Shown here: one piece after another, positions 20,219 to 30,850 of the stretch
How positions within the stretch are numbered: position 1 is the first letter of the stretch
Layout of the letters: every line of letters starts with the position of its first letter
Source: Minisyncoccota bacterium
GTDB lineage: Bacteria; Patescibacteriota; Minisyncoccia; Phycocordibacterales; JABAAK01
Direction of reading: 5' to 3'
DNA length: 64,000 bases
Assembly (NCBI GenBank): GCA_965216295.1
Contig: OZ244141.1
Span: 225,819 to 289,818 of the forward strand
Position numbers and translations under genes: made by a program
The notes under the pieces: generated by a model
The model's database searches: none
Seen by the model: the letters and a program-made list of their open reading frames with translations, nothing else
Told to the model about the DNA's origin: nothing

Positions 20219-22378
20219 ATGAGAAATGGTAGTACTAATGAGAAAACTAATCTTACAGAAAACGAAAAGCGTGAAATCGTTGAGTATATAAAAGCAAATA
20301 AAGGTTTACCAGCAGAATACAGATTTAAATTATTTGGAGATAATAAGCAGGTTGAGCTGCTTTGGGGTGGTAAAACCAATCAGGTGACAAATACCGTTTT
20401 GCCTTTTCAATATATAGAACATATTGATGAACCTAGGACAGATACAACAGACAAAAATGTAGGACTGTTTGATACAAGCGGAAGACAGCAAAAAGGATGG
20501 GCCAATAAACTTATATGGGGAGATAATAAATTGATACTATCTTCTCTTGCTCGAGGACCAATGAGAGACGAGATAGAAAAAGCAGGAGGTATAAAACTTA
20601 TTTACATTGACCCACCTTTTGATGTGGGGGCAGATTTTAATACAAAGATTAAAATCGGAAATGACGAGGTTGTTAAAGAGGCAAGCGGTTTAGAGGAAAT
20701 GGCTTATAGAGACACTTGGGGTAAGGGGGCAGATAGTTTTATTTCAATGATTTATGAGCGATTATCTTTAATGAAGGATCTGCTTGCAGATGACGGTAGT
20801 ATTTACGTGCATTGCGACTGGAGGGTGAATAGTTATATGCGGTTGATAATGGATGAAATTTTTGGAAAAGATAATTTTCAAAGAGAGGTGATTTGGAGTA
20901 AGGGAAATTTATTTGGTTATGCAGCCGCAGTTGAACAAAACTTCATTCACTCACATGATGTTGTATTCTTTTTTACAAAAACAAAAAATTCTGTTTTTAA
21001 TAAAATATATGAGTCTTATTCGGATGAATATATAAAAAAAAGGTTTGTATATGACGATAATAATGATAAAGGTTTGTATCGAATACAAGGGAAAAATCAA
21101 AAACAATACCTTTTTGACTCAAAAGGTGTTCCAACCTCTGATGTTTGGAAAATTCCAATTGAGAACGTTATGTCTTCCAATCAAACCGGTTATCCTACTC
21201 AAAAACCAGAGAAACTTTTAGAAAGAATAATTAAAGCATCTTCTAATGAAGGCGATATCGTTTGTGATTTCTTCTGTGGTAGTGGAACAACGCTTGCGGT
21301 TGCTGAAAAATTGGGTAGAAAATGGATAGGATCTGATCTTGGAAAATTTGGTATACACACAACAAGAAAAAGACTGATAGGTGTTCAGCGAGAGAAAAAA
21401 GAGAAAGGCGAAAACTATAGAGCGTTTGAGGTTTTGAATCTTGGTAAATATGAAAGATACCATTATGTTGGTATCAACAGAGATGGGGATGAGATTAAAG
21501 ATAAAGCACTACAACAAAAAGAACAAGAATATCTAGAGTTGGTTTGCCAAGCATACAACGCAGAGTTTGTTTCTGGGTATGAGACAATTCATTTCAAAAA
21601 ACAGAATGCGTTTGTGTGTGTCGGTCCAATAGATTTACCTATAACAAGAGATTATGTTGAAGAAGTTATTAAAGAAGCAAAACAAAATAAAATAACAAAG
21701 GTTGAATTGTTGTCTTTTGAATTTGAGATGGGACTTTTCCCACAAGCTATAGAGGAGGCGAAGAAGAATGGCATAGATATTAAAGCAAAATATATACCTA
21801 AAGATGTTTTTGATAAAAGGGCAGTTGAAAGAAATCAAGTGAATTTTTATGAAGTAGCACACATTGTGGCAGAAGTCAGTAACAAAAAAGAAGAAATCAC
21901 TGTAGAGCTAAAAGACTTTGCTTGTTTTTATACTCAAGAAAAACTAGATGAAATATCTGAAAAGCTAAAAGATGGAGGATCAAAGATAACATTTGAAAAT
22001 GGAGAGATTATTAAGATAATAAAAGATGGTGATAAAATTAAAAAAGAGACGATAACTAAAAGTTGGAAAGATTGGATTGATTATTGGTCAGTTGATTTTG
22101 ATTTTGAAAGCAAGCCAGAAATTATCAAAGTTTGGAAAGAAGGTAAAGACATAACAGATGACGGCAAAATTAATTTTGAAAAAGAAGATTTAGTGATAGA
22201 GAAGAAAACTGGTAATTATATTTTTGAAAATGAATGGCAAAGTTTTAGAACAAATAAGAATAGGAATTTAGAATTTATAGCAAAGAAAAAAATAGATACA
22301 ATTAAAAAAAGCCACAAAGTTGCCGTAAAGGTTGTAGATATTTTTGGTAATGATACAATAAAAATACTTACATTGTAA
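20219..22378 (+). CDS. mod: Type III restriction-modification methyltransferase (Mod), a beta-class N6-adenine/N4-cytosine MTase with a long C-terminal extension.
   Basis: Motif IV ([13 protein letters not shown]) precedes motif I (DFFCGSGTT), which is the beta order. The gene sits immediately upstream of res. At 719 aa there are about 360 aa after motif I. Confidence 0.85.
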   Translation: MRNGSTNEKTNLTENEKREIVEYIKANKGLPAEYRFKLFGDNKQVELLWGGKTNQVTNTVLPFQYIEHIDEPRTDTTDKNVGLFDTSGRQQKGWANKLIWGDNKLILSSLARGPMRDEIEKAGGIKLIYIDPPFDVGADFNTKIKIGNDEVVKEASGLEEMAYRDTWGKGADSFISMIYERLSLMKDLLADDGSIYVHCDWRVNSYMRLIMDEIFGKDNFQREVIWSKGNLFGYAAAVEQNFIHSHDVVFFFTKTKNSVFNKIYESYSDEYIKKRFVYDDNNDKGLYRIQGKNQKQYLFDSKGVPTSDVWKIPIENVMSSNQTGYPTQKPEKLLERIIKASSNEGDIVCDFFCGSGTTLAVAEKLGRKWIGSDLGKFGIHTTRKRLIGVQREKKEKGENYRAFEVLNLGKYERYHYVGINRDGDEIKDKALQQKEQEYLELVCQAYNAEFVSGYETIHFKKQNAFVCVGPIDLPITRDYVEEVIKEAKQNKITKVELLSFEFEMGLFPQAIEEAKKNGIDIKAKYIPKDVFDKRAVERNQVNFYEVAHIVAEVSNKKEEITVELKDFACFYTQEKLDEISEKLKDGGSKITFENGEIIKIIKDGDKIKKETITKSWKDWIDYWSVDFDFESKPEIIKVWKEGKDITDDGKINFEKEDLVIEKKTGNYIFENEWQSFRTNKNRNLEFIAKKKIDTIKKSHKVAVKVVDIFGNDTIKILTL

Positions 22379-22388
22379 TAAAGATCTT

Positions 22389-25037
22389 ATGTCATTAGAT
22401 AAGAAATTTCCAACATCCCCTTACGAGATAATCAATCCAGCTTTAAGATGGAGACCAACAGATGATAATGATTTTAAACTATTGCCACCATTAGTTCCAA
22501 AGATAAGAAAAGCTGTTCATAAGTGGAGAGAAGAAAAGTACGAAGGTGCAAGCGAAACATCAAAAGCATTACTTAATTGGTGGTTTTGTAGAAAAGATAA
22601 TGGCTTTCAGTACTATTTTGCACAAAGAGAAGCGGTTGAGAGTATTATCTATCTATACGAAGTTGCAAAATCACACACACCAGAGCAATTAAAAACATTT
22701 GAAAGCTATCCCTTATCACTAGATCAATTTAAAGAAGATTGGACACGATATGTTATCAAACTTGCTACTGGATCAGGAAAGACGAAAGTGCTATCTTTGC
22801 TTATTGCTTGGTCATATTTTCATAAATTGTATGAAAAGGATAGTCAGTTATCAAAAAACTTTCTTTTAATAACACCCAATATCATAGTTTTGGATAGATT
22901 AAAAACAGATTTTCAAGGTTTAAAAATATTTTTTGATGATCCAATCTTACCAGAAAATGGATACAAAGATAAAAATTGGTTTGACGATTTTCAAATGGAT
23001 GTTCATATACAAGATAATGTACGAGTGAGTAAGGTAAAAGGTAATCTGTTTTTAACCAATATACACAGAATATATTATGGTGAAGATAAATTGCCGAGCG
23101 CTGATGATGACAACACAATGGACCACTTCTTGGGTGAAAAGGTGAAAGATGCGAAGAAAGATCACGCTGACTTAGGGAAAATAGTCAGAGATATAGATGA
23201 ATTGATGGTTTTAAATGATGAAGCTCATCACATTAGAGATAATGAATGGTTTAATGCAATACAAGATTTGCATAATCATTTAGTACAAAAGAATAAAAAA
23301 ATAGCATTACAAATTGATGTTACAGCAACGCCAAAGTTTGAAAAAGGTCAAATATTTCCTCAGACCATCTGTGACTATCCTTTAGTTGAAGCGGTATACC
23401 AGGGTATAGTGAAACATCCAGTATTGCCCGATGGACCAAGCCAAGCAAAGTGCGTTGAAAATGACAGCATTGATTTTATAGAAAGGTATAAAACATTTCT
23501 TGATTTGGGTGTGAAAGAATGGATAGAACAGTACAATGCGTATAAGAAAATAGGACAAAAACCATTGTTGTTTGTAATGGTTGATGATACAAAAAACTGC
23601 GATAAAGTGGCAAGTTATTTGGAAACAAGCTTTAAAGAATTATCAGGCAGCGTACTGTCTATACATACCAATAAAAAGGGAGAAATTTCTGAGTCTACAA
23701 CAGGTAAAAGCAAGGGTGAATTAGATAAATTGCGTGAAGCAGCAAATGGTTTAGATAATCCTGAAAGTCCATATAGGGCGGTAGTGTCAGTGTTGGTATT
23801 AAAAGAAGGTTGGGATGTAAAGAATATTACTACAATTATAGGATTGCGTGCTTTTAGTAGTGACGATAATATTTTAGCTGAGCAAACGCTTGGTCGTGGA
23901 TTAAGGAAAATGAACAGGGGTAATAAGGAAGAGGTGGTGTCAATAATTGGTACCCCTCACTTTATAGAATTTATAGAAACCATTAAAAATCAAGGTGTTG
24001 ATTTTGATAAAAAGAAAATGGGCGGAGTTGATGATGATTTTGATCCTATTTTAATTGAAGTGGATAAAGAAAATGTTAAGAAAGATTTAGTAAAGTTGGA
24101 TATTGAAATACCAATACTTACTCCTAGAATTTATCGTGCTCATGACAAGTTGGACAGTATAGACGTCACGAATATAATAGATAAAAAAGAAATTGTAAAA
24201 ATAAAAGAATTTTCACAAGATCAATTAAAAGAAATTATATTTGAGTATGCATTTCCAAATGATGAAGAAAACAGGGAAAATCATAGATTAATGTTTGATA
24301 GTTCTTCTACTATAGATAGTACAAATCTCATAAGATGGTTTGCAAGAGAAATAAAGATTGAGTTACGACTTGGATCAGTTGAACATATTTTATATAAGAA
24401 ATTGAAATTATTTATAGAAAATTATTTATTTGGTAAAAAAGTTGATTTAACTGATAGGAATATTATTAGAAATTTGTCTGAGCTTGAAGTAAAAAATTTA
24501 ATATTTACTAAATTTAAGAAATCAATAAATGAGAAAACTGTATTGATAAAGGATGTTTTTGAAATTAAAGATTGGATCAAAATTTCTGAAACCAAACCAT
24601 TCCATGCAGAACATCGGTCGTATAAAGTTGTTAACCAGTCTGTTTTTAATAAGATTGTTGGAGACAGCCAATTAGAATTAGATGTAGCAGGTATAATTGA
24701 TAACGCTAATGATGTTGTATCTTTTGCAAAAAATTACTTAGCAGTAAATTTTAGATTAGATTACCAAACCGCTGAAGGTGATATATCAAATTATATACCT
24801 GATTTTTTTGTAAAAACTGATAATAAAACTGTTTATATAGTTGAAACTAAAGGTGTGGAAACATTGAATGATACTGTCAAATTTAGAAGACTGATGAGTT
24901 GGTGTGATGACGTAAATAATATTCAAAATAAATATAAATTTATTCCTTTGTATATTAAAGAAGTAGATTTTAGAAAATATCAAAAAGATTTAAACCACTT
25001 TTCTGATTTAATAAAAATTGGAAAGAGTGTTATTTAG
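22389..25037 (+). CDS. res: Type III restriction enzyme Res subunit (SF2 helicase plus endonuclease).
   Basis: Walker A (KLATGSGKT), the DEAH box (LNDEAHH) and motif VI-like (QTLGRGLR) are present. The gene is 882 aa and lies 10 nt downstream of mod. Confidence 0.85.
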   Translation: MSLDKKFPTSPYEIINPALRWRPTDDNDFKLLPPLVPKIRKAVHKWREEKYEGASETSKALLNWWFCRKDNGFQYYFAQREAVESIIYLYEVAKSHTPEQLKTFESYPLSLDQFKEDWTRYVIKLATGSGKTKVLSLLIAWSYFHKLYEKDSQLSKNFLLITPNIIVLDRLKTDFQGLKIFFDDPILPENGYKDKNWFDDFQMDVHIQDNVRVSKVKGNLFLTNIHRIYYGEDKLPSADDDNTMDHFLGEKVKDAKKDHADLGKIVRDIDELMVLNDEAHHIRDNEWFNAIQDLHNHLVQKNKKIALQIDVTATPKFEKGQIFPQTICDYPLVEAVYQGIVKHPVLPDGPSQAKCVENDSIDFIERYKTFLDLGVKEWIEQYNAYKKIGQKPLLFVMVDDTKNCDKVASYLETSFKELSGSVLSIHTNKKGEISESTTGKSKGELDKLREAANGLDNPESPYRAVVSVLVLKEGWDVKNITTIIGLRAFSSDDNILAEQTLGRGLRKMNRGNKEEVVSIIGTPHFIEFIETIKNQGVDFDKKKMGGVDDDFDPILIEVDKENVKKDLVKLDIEIPILTPRIYRAHDKLDSIDVTNIIDKKEIVKIKEFSQDQLKEIIFEYAFPNDEENRENHRLMFDSSSTIDSTNLIRWFAREIKIELRLGSVEHILYKKLKLFIENYLFGKKVDLTDRNIIRNLSELEVKNLIFTKFKKSINEKTVLIKDVFEIKDWIKISETKPFHAEHRSYKVVNQSVFNKIVGDSQLELDVAGIIDNANDVVSFAKNYLAVNFRLDYQTAEGDISNYIPDFFVKTDNKTVYIVETKGVETLNDTVKFRRLMSWCDDVNNIQNKYKFIPLYIKEVDFRKYQKDLNHFSDLIKIGKSVI

Positions 25038-25058
25038 ATTAACCAGAGAAAATCTTGA

Positions 25059-25823
25059 TTATTTTTCAAACAACACAACATCCTTTTCTTGCTGAACAGT
25101 TTTTTTCATTTTTTCATAATCACTCCAATTTCTTTTATTTACATATCTGGCATTAAATATAATGAAAATCACTTCATCATATTGCTTACGATAGGTGAAT
25201 ATTTTCTCATAAATACTCTTAACATGCTTTCTATTATATCCCAAGTTGTATTTATTATCTGGAGGCCTTAAAGCCTTTATTTCTATTGCAATTGTTTTGT
25301 TTATAACAATATCTGGTCTCACGTCACCCTTTGTTTCTTCATACACCACAATATCGTTAGGCAATTTTTCTTTTAAATACCTACCAAAATCAACCTGATA
25401 AATAACTTCTGAATGGTTTGAAAATTTTGGTATATCTACTACGAATGTGTTAAGAATTTCTTTTATCTCTTTTACCTTTCCAGGTACACTCTCTGTTACT
25501 TCTCTCATTCTTTCAGACATGCCTCTTGGTATCTGTCTTGTTATTTGGGAATATTTCCTATCATATTTCTCTCTTTTCTTTTTCTTTAACCATAGAAACA
25601 ACCAAATCAGCACTACTGCCGTTAGACCAATCCATAGTAGGTTCTGTTGAAACCACATATATATTTTATTTCCTATTTCAATAACGGCGGAAATCAACAT
25701 TTGAATCCACACATATATGCCGTATCCTATTCCAATAACGATGGAAATCAATAGCACAGCAATAAAAATATCACTATCGCTGTTGTCATAGTATCTTCTT
25801 CTCATGCCTATATATTGCCACAA
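25059..25823 (-). CDS. Membrane protein with a C-terminal NERD-like / PD-(D/E)xK nuclease-fold domain (hypothetical).
   Basis: Three N-terminal TM helices. The C-terminal RPDIVINKTIAIEIKAL matches the (E/D)IDhhh...hhIEvK core of NERD / PD-ExK nucleases. The same core recurs in CDS 31956-32510. Confidence 0.4.
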   Translation of the reverse strand: MWQYIGMRRRYYDNSDSDIFIAVLLISIVIGIGYGIYVWIQMLISAVIEIGNKIYMWFQQNLLWIGLTAVVLIWLFLWLKKKKREKYDRKYSQITRQIPRGMSERMREVTESVPGKVKEIKEILNTFVVDIPKFSNHSEVIYQVDFGRYLKEKLPNDIVVYEETKGDVRPDIVINKTIAIEIKALRPPDNKYNLGYNRKHVKSIYEKIFTYRKQYDEVIFIIFNARYVNKRNWSDYEKMKKTVQQEKDVVLFEK

Positions 25824-26257
25824 AGCATGTTATTAAGTGTTTTTAATCTAAAAATAACAAAAATACAATAAGAGTAAGTTTTTGAATGAACAAAACAATG
25901 AATATTTTTCTTTGGTGAGTGTGAATATTCTGATCTCCGGTATATATAAAACAAAAAGTCCTTTACGGACTTTCTCTAAGATTATCTAAGAGAGAGGGTG
26001 TGTGTTTACAACATTGCTGCGTTAAAGCTATTACATGAAAAGGATTGCAGAATGGAATTTGCAAGAGATGTATATGAAATAGAATTCTAGTAAACGAAAG
26101 GTATTACAGCCAAACAGTGCTTGATAAAGTGAAGGAAGTTTTAGATGACACAGAGAAAAAATTTTCTGCAAGAGAATTTTAAGTTCATTCTCTCTACCAC
26201 TCTGCGGCAGGTAGTTATTTTATTGATATGGTTTAGGTCGTTTGGTATAATGGTTAC

Positions 26258-28495
26258 ATGATAAAGAAGATCAAAAAATTAGACTTCAGAATTTTTAGAA
26301 ATTTCAACGGTGAATCTTTAAACTTTGAAAAGGACAATTTAATCTTTGGGTGGAACTATTCTGGGAAGACAACTTTGTTTGATTTTTTTCAAGTTTTGGA
26401 AGACAGGACATATTTAAGCAATGGTTCTAACCCTTCATTTGAAATCATTGAAAATGACTTATCAATAAAAGATTTGCCTCAGACTAATGATTTAAATATA
26501 AAAGTTTTTAATAAAAAATACGTAGAAAAGAACCTCGATATTTTTGGTGAAGTTGGAGCGATGAAACTCGCTCTAGGAAAAGAAAATGTGAAAGATATAA
26601 AAGAGCTGAGTGAAATCCAGAATGCGAAAGATATATTAGAAAAAAGTTTGACAAAGATTGGATTTGAAATAGAAAAGATTAATAAGAATAATATTGATAT
26701 TGATGAAAAAGTAAGAGAAGTGAAGTCTAATAAAGCACGAATTATTAATAGTCTTATTTCAGACACTTTTACGGCCACCAATCTTGGAAGGTATATTCTT
26801 CCTGAAAATATAGCATTAAGCAATGATGATCTGAAAAAAGAAACTGGAAAATTAAATCAATCTGCAGTGGAAAACATAAAATTTGATACATCTGCACTAT
26901 CTATAGACAGAGATAAAATGAAAGAAATCTCTAATATTTTAGAAAAGGAAATTATTTTACAAGAGAGTATATCAGAAATAGATGATAGTCCTGATAGAAA
27001 ACAATGGGTGGAGTGCGGCATAAGACTGCATAAGGATGTCATGAAATGTCTATTTTGCGATAACAAAATCCCCGAAGGAAGAGTAGAAAAGTTAACAAAA
27101 TATTTTTCCAAAGCATATACTGACACCGAACAAGAAGTTAGTCGTCAAATTGAGTATATAGAAAGCTTGATATCTCGTATAGCCACGCAACCGCTCCCTA
27201 GCAAGAATGATTTTTTATCTATTAATCAAAACAGATTTGGGAGTTTAAACACAAACGAAGCGATGTCTAATTACAGAGAGTCTGTGGAAGAAATTAAGAG
27301 AAAATTGGTTTCAAAGAAAGGAAACATAATTTTAAAAATTGATTCTACGGGCTTAAAAGAAGAGTATGTCTTCTCCATTCCTGCATTAAGTGAATTAATA
27401 GAAAAAAACAATAGAGAAAATAAAAATATAACTAAAATTAAAGAAGATGCTCTAGAAAAGATAAAAAAACATTATGGAAAAGAAGCGTATATAGAGATAG
27501 AAAATAAAAATAAAAAAATAGTAGAGACTAATAGATTAATTATGGAGAAAACAAATATAGGTAATAAAATGAAATTCCTTGCAAAACAAGAAGAAAAAAT
27601 TAGAAGTGAGACATCGGAACTATCTAATTGTGTAAGTAAATTGAATAACTTAATTGAAAGTTTTCTAGGTAGTAAGGAAATCACTTTAGGTGATTTGGAT
27701 GAAAATGCTAAAACAATGCGGTTCAAACGTGGTGATAGAGATGCGACGAATCTGAGCGAGGGTGAAAGGGCAATTATAGCATTTGCATATTTTTATCTGT
27801 CACTTAAGTCTAATGCAAATACAATTGATAAAACGATTGTTCTCATAGATGATCCAATATCTAGTTTTGATGATAACCATCTCAGTTATATGTCTGCATT
27901 TATTCGCGAAGAATTGGTAGGCAAATGTAAGCAATTATTTATCAGCACGCATAATTTTACCTTTTTTGACCATTTAAGGGTGTCAAAAGTGCGTTTTGAT
28001 AAAGAAGATAGAATAGAAAATCAATTTTTTGTAGAGAATTATGAGGATAATAAAAAAAACAGATGTGCCAGACTGATTGAGTTACCAGATATGATTAGGA
28101 ATTATAAGAGTGATTACCTGTATCTCTTTTCGCAAATAGAAGAATTTTCTAAATATCCTAATCCATTAAAATATGAAAAGTTCCCGATGATACCGAATGC
28201 CCTTAGAAGATTCATGGAAACCTATTGTGGGATTATGTATCCAAACGGAAAGGGTTGGAAATACAATCTTAAATTTATTAAAGACAACAATCTTAGAACT
28301 TCGCTTAAGGCTATTGCAGATGGAGGATCTCATGGAGAAGGAGCTGGATCTACAAACATTGTTTTTAATAATCCAGAAGAACTACAAAGAATAATCAAAG
28401 AAACACTTATTTGTATAAGAAAAAAAGATAATAAGTATTACAACTGTTTGGAAACTACAGCCAATCAAAAAATTGAAATCAAAACCAAAAAATAA
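26258..28495 (+). CDS. RloC/PrrC-like ABC-type ATPase (AAA_13-like) with a long coiled-coil insertion and a C-terminal anticodon-nuclease-like motif.
   Basis: The N-terminal Walker A is GWNYSGKTT. A ~480-aa coiled-coil-prone K/E-rich region follows and contains C...CLFC (zinc-hook-like). Walker B is TIVLIDDPISSFDD, near residue 530. The C-terminus carries R-x3-E (LRRFMETY) followed about 38 aa later by GGSHGEG, similar to the PrrC Arg-Glu-His triad spacing. Confidence 0.55.
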   Translation: MIKKIKKLDFRIFRNFNGESLNFEKDNLIFGWNYSGKTTLFDFFQVLEDRTYLSNGSNPSFEIIENDLSIKDLPQTNDLNIKVFNKKYVEKNLDIFGEVGAMKLALGKENVKDIKELSEIQNAKDILEKSLTKIGFEIEKINKNNIDIDEKVREVKSNKARIINSLISDTFTATNLGRYILPENIALSNDDLKKETGKLNQSAVENIKFDTSALSIDRDKMKEISNILEKEIILQESISEIDDSPDRKQWVECGIRLHKDVMKCLFCDNKIPEGRVEKLTKYFSKAYTDTEQEVSRQIEYIESLISRIATQPLPSKNDFLSINQNRFGSLNTNEAMSNYRESVEEIKRKLVSKKGNIILKIDSTGLKEEYVFSIPALSELIEKNNRENKNITKIKEDALEKIKKHYGKEAYIEIENKNKKIVETNRLIMEKTNIGNKMKFLAKQEEKIRSETSELSNCVSKLNNLIESFLGSKEITLGDLDENAKTMRFKRGDRDATNLSEGERAIIAFAYFYLSLKSNANTIDKTIVLIDDPISSFDDNHLSYMSAFIREELVGKCKQLFISTHNFTFFDHLRVSKVRFDKEDRIENQFFVENYEDNKKNRCARLIELPDMIRNYKSDYLYLFSQIEEFSKYPNPLKYEKFPMIPNALRRFMETYCGIMYPNGKGWKYNLKFIKDNNLRTSLKAIADGGSHGEGAGSTNIVFNNPEELQRIIKETLICIRKKDNKYYNCLETTANQKIEIKTKK

Positions 28496-28631
28496 AACAA
28501 TCTATCATAGACATCATAGATTCTTTTGATATTTAAAGAAGGCATAGTAAACACCATACCGTGGGTGTTGTTTATGAATGTTAAATGAGGTGTATAGGCA
28601 TCCAAGATAAAATTGGTATAATCTTTGTAGC

Positions 28632-29732
28632 ATGAGAAACAAGGTGAATTTTGTCAATGCACGCAATCTTAAAACCGCTAGAGAGAACGTTGGTTATAGT
28701 ACGATAAAAATGACCCAGAAGATTCTTGGGAAAGGCATGAGGGTTGATAAAATTTTGGAATGGGAAAATGGAAGAGATAAACCAACTTGGAATCAGCTGC
28801 ATACAATTGCTAATGTATATGGAGTAAATACCTTTCTATTAACCGGAAAAGAGTTAATCCCTTCTAGCAGAAATATTTTTGATTTTAGAAAAACAAGAAG
28901 TCTGACTAATAACCCTGATTCTGATCTTTTTAAATTTATTGATTTTCTATTGCAAAGACAAAGATATCTAAATGCCACAATGCTGAAAGAAGAGTTAGGT
29001 AGCAATAAACTTGTTGGATCTGGTATTGCATATCAAACCAACCCCAAAAAGATGGCAGAATTCATAGCAGGTAAAATCAATTACAATCACCCTAGAAATA
29101 ATCATCTAAAGACATTAGTTACTTTGTTAGAAAACAATAAAGTTTTTGTCATGAAAACATTAAGTTATTGGAGAAATATAACTGTGAATGATATGAGGGG
29201 TGTTTATTTGAAAGATAATTATGCCCCAATAATTGCACTAAACAGAAAAGATTCAAAGACAGCCCAATTATTCACACTGGCTCATGAAATTACCCACTTA
29301 TTTTTAGACAAAGAGGGAATTTCGAATATTAGTTTTAGAGATAGGACGACAAACCAAATAGAAGTATTTTGTAATAAAGTAGCGGCAAATTTGTTGATGC
29401 CAGAAGATAAATTAGAAAAAATAAAAGACATGCAAGAAATAGATAGTCTTGCAAAGAGATTTGGAGTTAGTAGGTTGATGACATTTTATAGATTAAAGAA
29501 CCTAGGTCTTTTAAATGCAATAGCTGACTTGTCTCAACTTGAACAAAGCATAAAAAGAGAGTCTGAAAAAAAATCTAGTGATAACCCAACGGGTGGAAAT
29601 TATAATAATAATATGAAAGACAGTAATGGCGGTCTTTTTAATAATTTTATATCCTCATTATATTTTAACCAAAAGATTAACGCAGCCGAAGCTTGTAAGA
29701 TATTAAAGGTATCAATTGATAAGGTCGTATGA
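28632..29732 (+). CDS. XRE-family HTH fused to an ImmA/IrrE-family zinc metallopeptidase.
   Basis: The N-terminal HTH is LKTARENVGYSTIKMTQKILG...WENGRDKPTWNQLHTIANVYGV. The HEXXH motif is TLAHEITHLF. Confidence 0.75.
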   Translation: MRNKVNFVNARNLKTARENVGYSTIKMTQKILGKGMRVDKILEWENGRDKPTWNQLHTIANVYGVNTFLLTGKELIPSSRNIFDFRKTRSLTNNPDSDLFKFIDFLLQRQRYLNATMLKEELGSNKLVGSGIAYQTNPKKMAEFIAGKINYNHPRNNHLKTLVTLLENNKVFVMKTLSYWRNITVNDMRGVYLKDNYAPIIALNRKDSKTAQLFTLAHEITHLFLDKEGISNISFRDRTTNQIEVFCNKVAANLLMPEDKLEKIKDMQEIDSLAKRFGVSRLMTFYRLKNLGLLNAIADLSQLEQSIKRESEKKSSDNPTGGNYNNNMKDSNGGLFNNFISSLYFNQKINAAEACKILKVSIDKVV

Positions 29733-30187
29733 GATATATTATAGACACAAATATACTAATTAATTTTAAAATCTTTACTCCAATGAAGATACATGAAATC
29801 TTTTGGAAACAATTAGGAGAATGCATAAAAAAAGGTGAGATTGTATTGATACAAGATGTCGCAAATGAATGTAAAGATCGAGAGTTAAAAGGATGGGTTT
29901 TTAAACAGAAAATTGAAAAAGTGTCTAATGATATTAAAGACAGAGCTAATGAAATTAACAAGGAGTACCCAATTATCACCGTGCTTGATCAACAAACAAA
30001 ATCTGAAGCAGACCCTATAATAATTGCATATGCAGAACAGAATAATTGTTGCGTTTTTACAAGGGAAGCCGATGAGGACCCTAAAAATGGCATTTATAAA
30101 ATCCCTGCTATCTGTAAAAAATTAAATATAGATTTTCAAAGATGGCCCAATAAAGTCTTTGACAATCTTAGGTTTAAAAGAATATAG
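29729..30187 (+). CDS. PIN-domain (DUF4411-like) nuclease, translationally coupled to the ImmA/IrrE gene.
   Basis: Its ATGA overlaps the upstream stop. The N-terminal YIIDTNILINF PIN motif and the V..EC/EL motif (VANECKD) are present. DUF4411-like genes characteristically accompany ImmA/IrrE-HTH genes. Confidence 0.65.
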   Translation: MRYIIDTNILINFKIFTPMKIHEIFWKQLGECIKKGEIVLIQDVANECKDRELKGWVFKQKIEKVSNDIKDRANEINKEYPIITVLDQQTKSEADPIIIAYAEQNNCCVFTREADEDPKNGIYKIPAICKKLNIDFQRWPNKVFDNLRFKRI

Positions 30188-30404
30188 GAATATGTTCAAA
30201 AATATTTTAATATTTGAAGTATGATATTTTCAAGGACCATCTTTACCACTTATTGATTGTTATTACTTATAGCGATTTTTTGATTCTATTATCCTGTTAA
30301 ATTTTGCAAATGTAAAAAACTAAAAAATTCATCATGGATATCTTTGATATTCAAAGAAAGCATGGTAAATGGTTTGTTGATGAGCAAAATGATACACTGG
30401 AGAC

Positions 30405-30833
30405 ATGAAAAAACACCTCATCATCATTGGAATCATCACCCTCCTTTTCATCGTTGGAGCAGTTGTACTTCCAAAAAATAAAGAAGAACCAAGCACAATC
30501 AATGATTCAGACACCCCGGTTGGAGCAGTTGTACTTCCAAAAGACAAGGAAGAACCAATCACAACAAAAGATTCATATACCTTAGAAGCATATGTTGCAT
30601 TTATAAAGCCCTGCCCACCGTGCCCGGAAGGTGTAATGTGTAAGCCATGTATTTCAAAATATATCGGAGTAACAACTGAGAAAGGTTCCAAAGACTATGT
30701 CTTTCTGTTGACTGATAATCCAGAGATATTTAATGTTGAGGAAAGATACCAGTTTACTATCCAAGACACACCACAGGAAGATTATAAAATGCTTGTTGAA
30801 TACCGTAGTCTTTCAGATTCTGGGGTAAGATAG
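30405..30833 (+). CDS. Small secreted protein with an internal 21-aa repeat and a Cys cluster.
   Basis: Signal peptide/TM is MKKHLIIIGIITLLFIVGAVV. The repeat VGAVVLPK(N/D)KEEP...T occurs twice. The Cys cluster is CPPCPEGVMCKPC. Confidence 0.5.
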   Translation: MKKHLIIIGIITLLFIVGAVVLPKNKEEPSTINDSDTPVGAVVLPKDKEEPITTKDSYTLEAYVAFIKPCPPCPEGVMCKPCISKYIGVTTEKGSKDYVFLLTDNPEIFNVEERYQFTIQDTPQEDYKMLVEYRSLSDSGVR

Positions 30834-30850
30834 TCTGCTATACTTCAAAC

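Noticed and set aside
21034-21041. Homopolymeric A8 tract in mod (and A8 in the RloC-like gene at ~28052) as potential phase-variation switches.
   Set aside because: The island is strongly AT-rich and Lys codons (AAA) abound. Tracts of 8 are too short and too common here to argue for slipped-strand regulation without population data.
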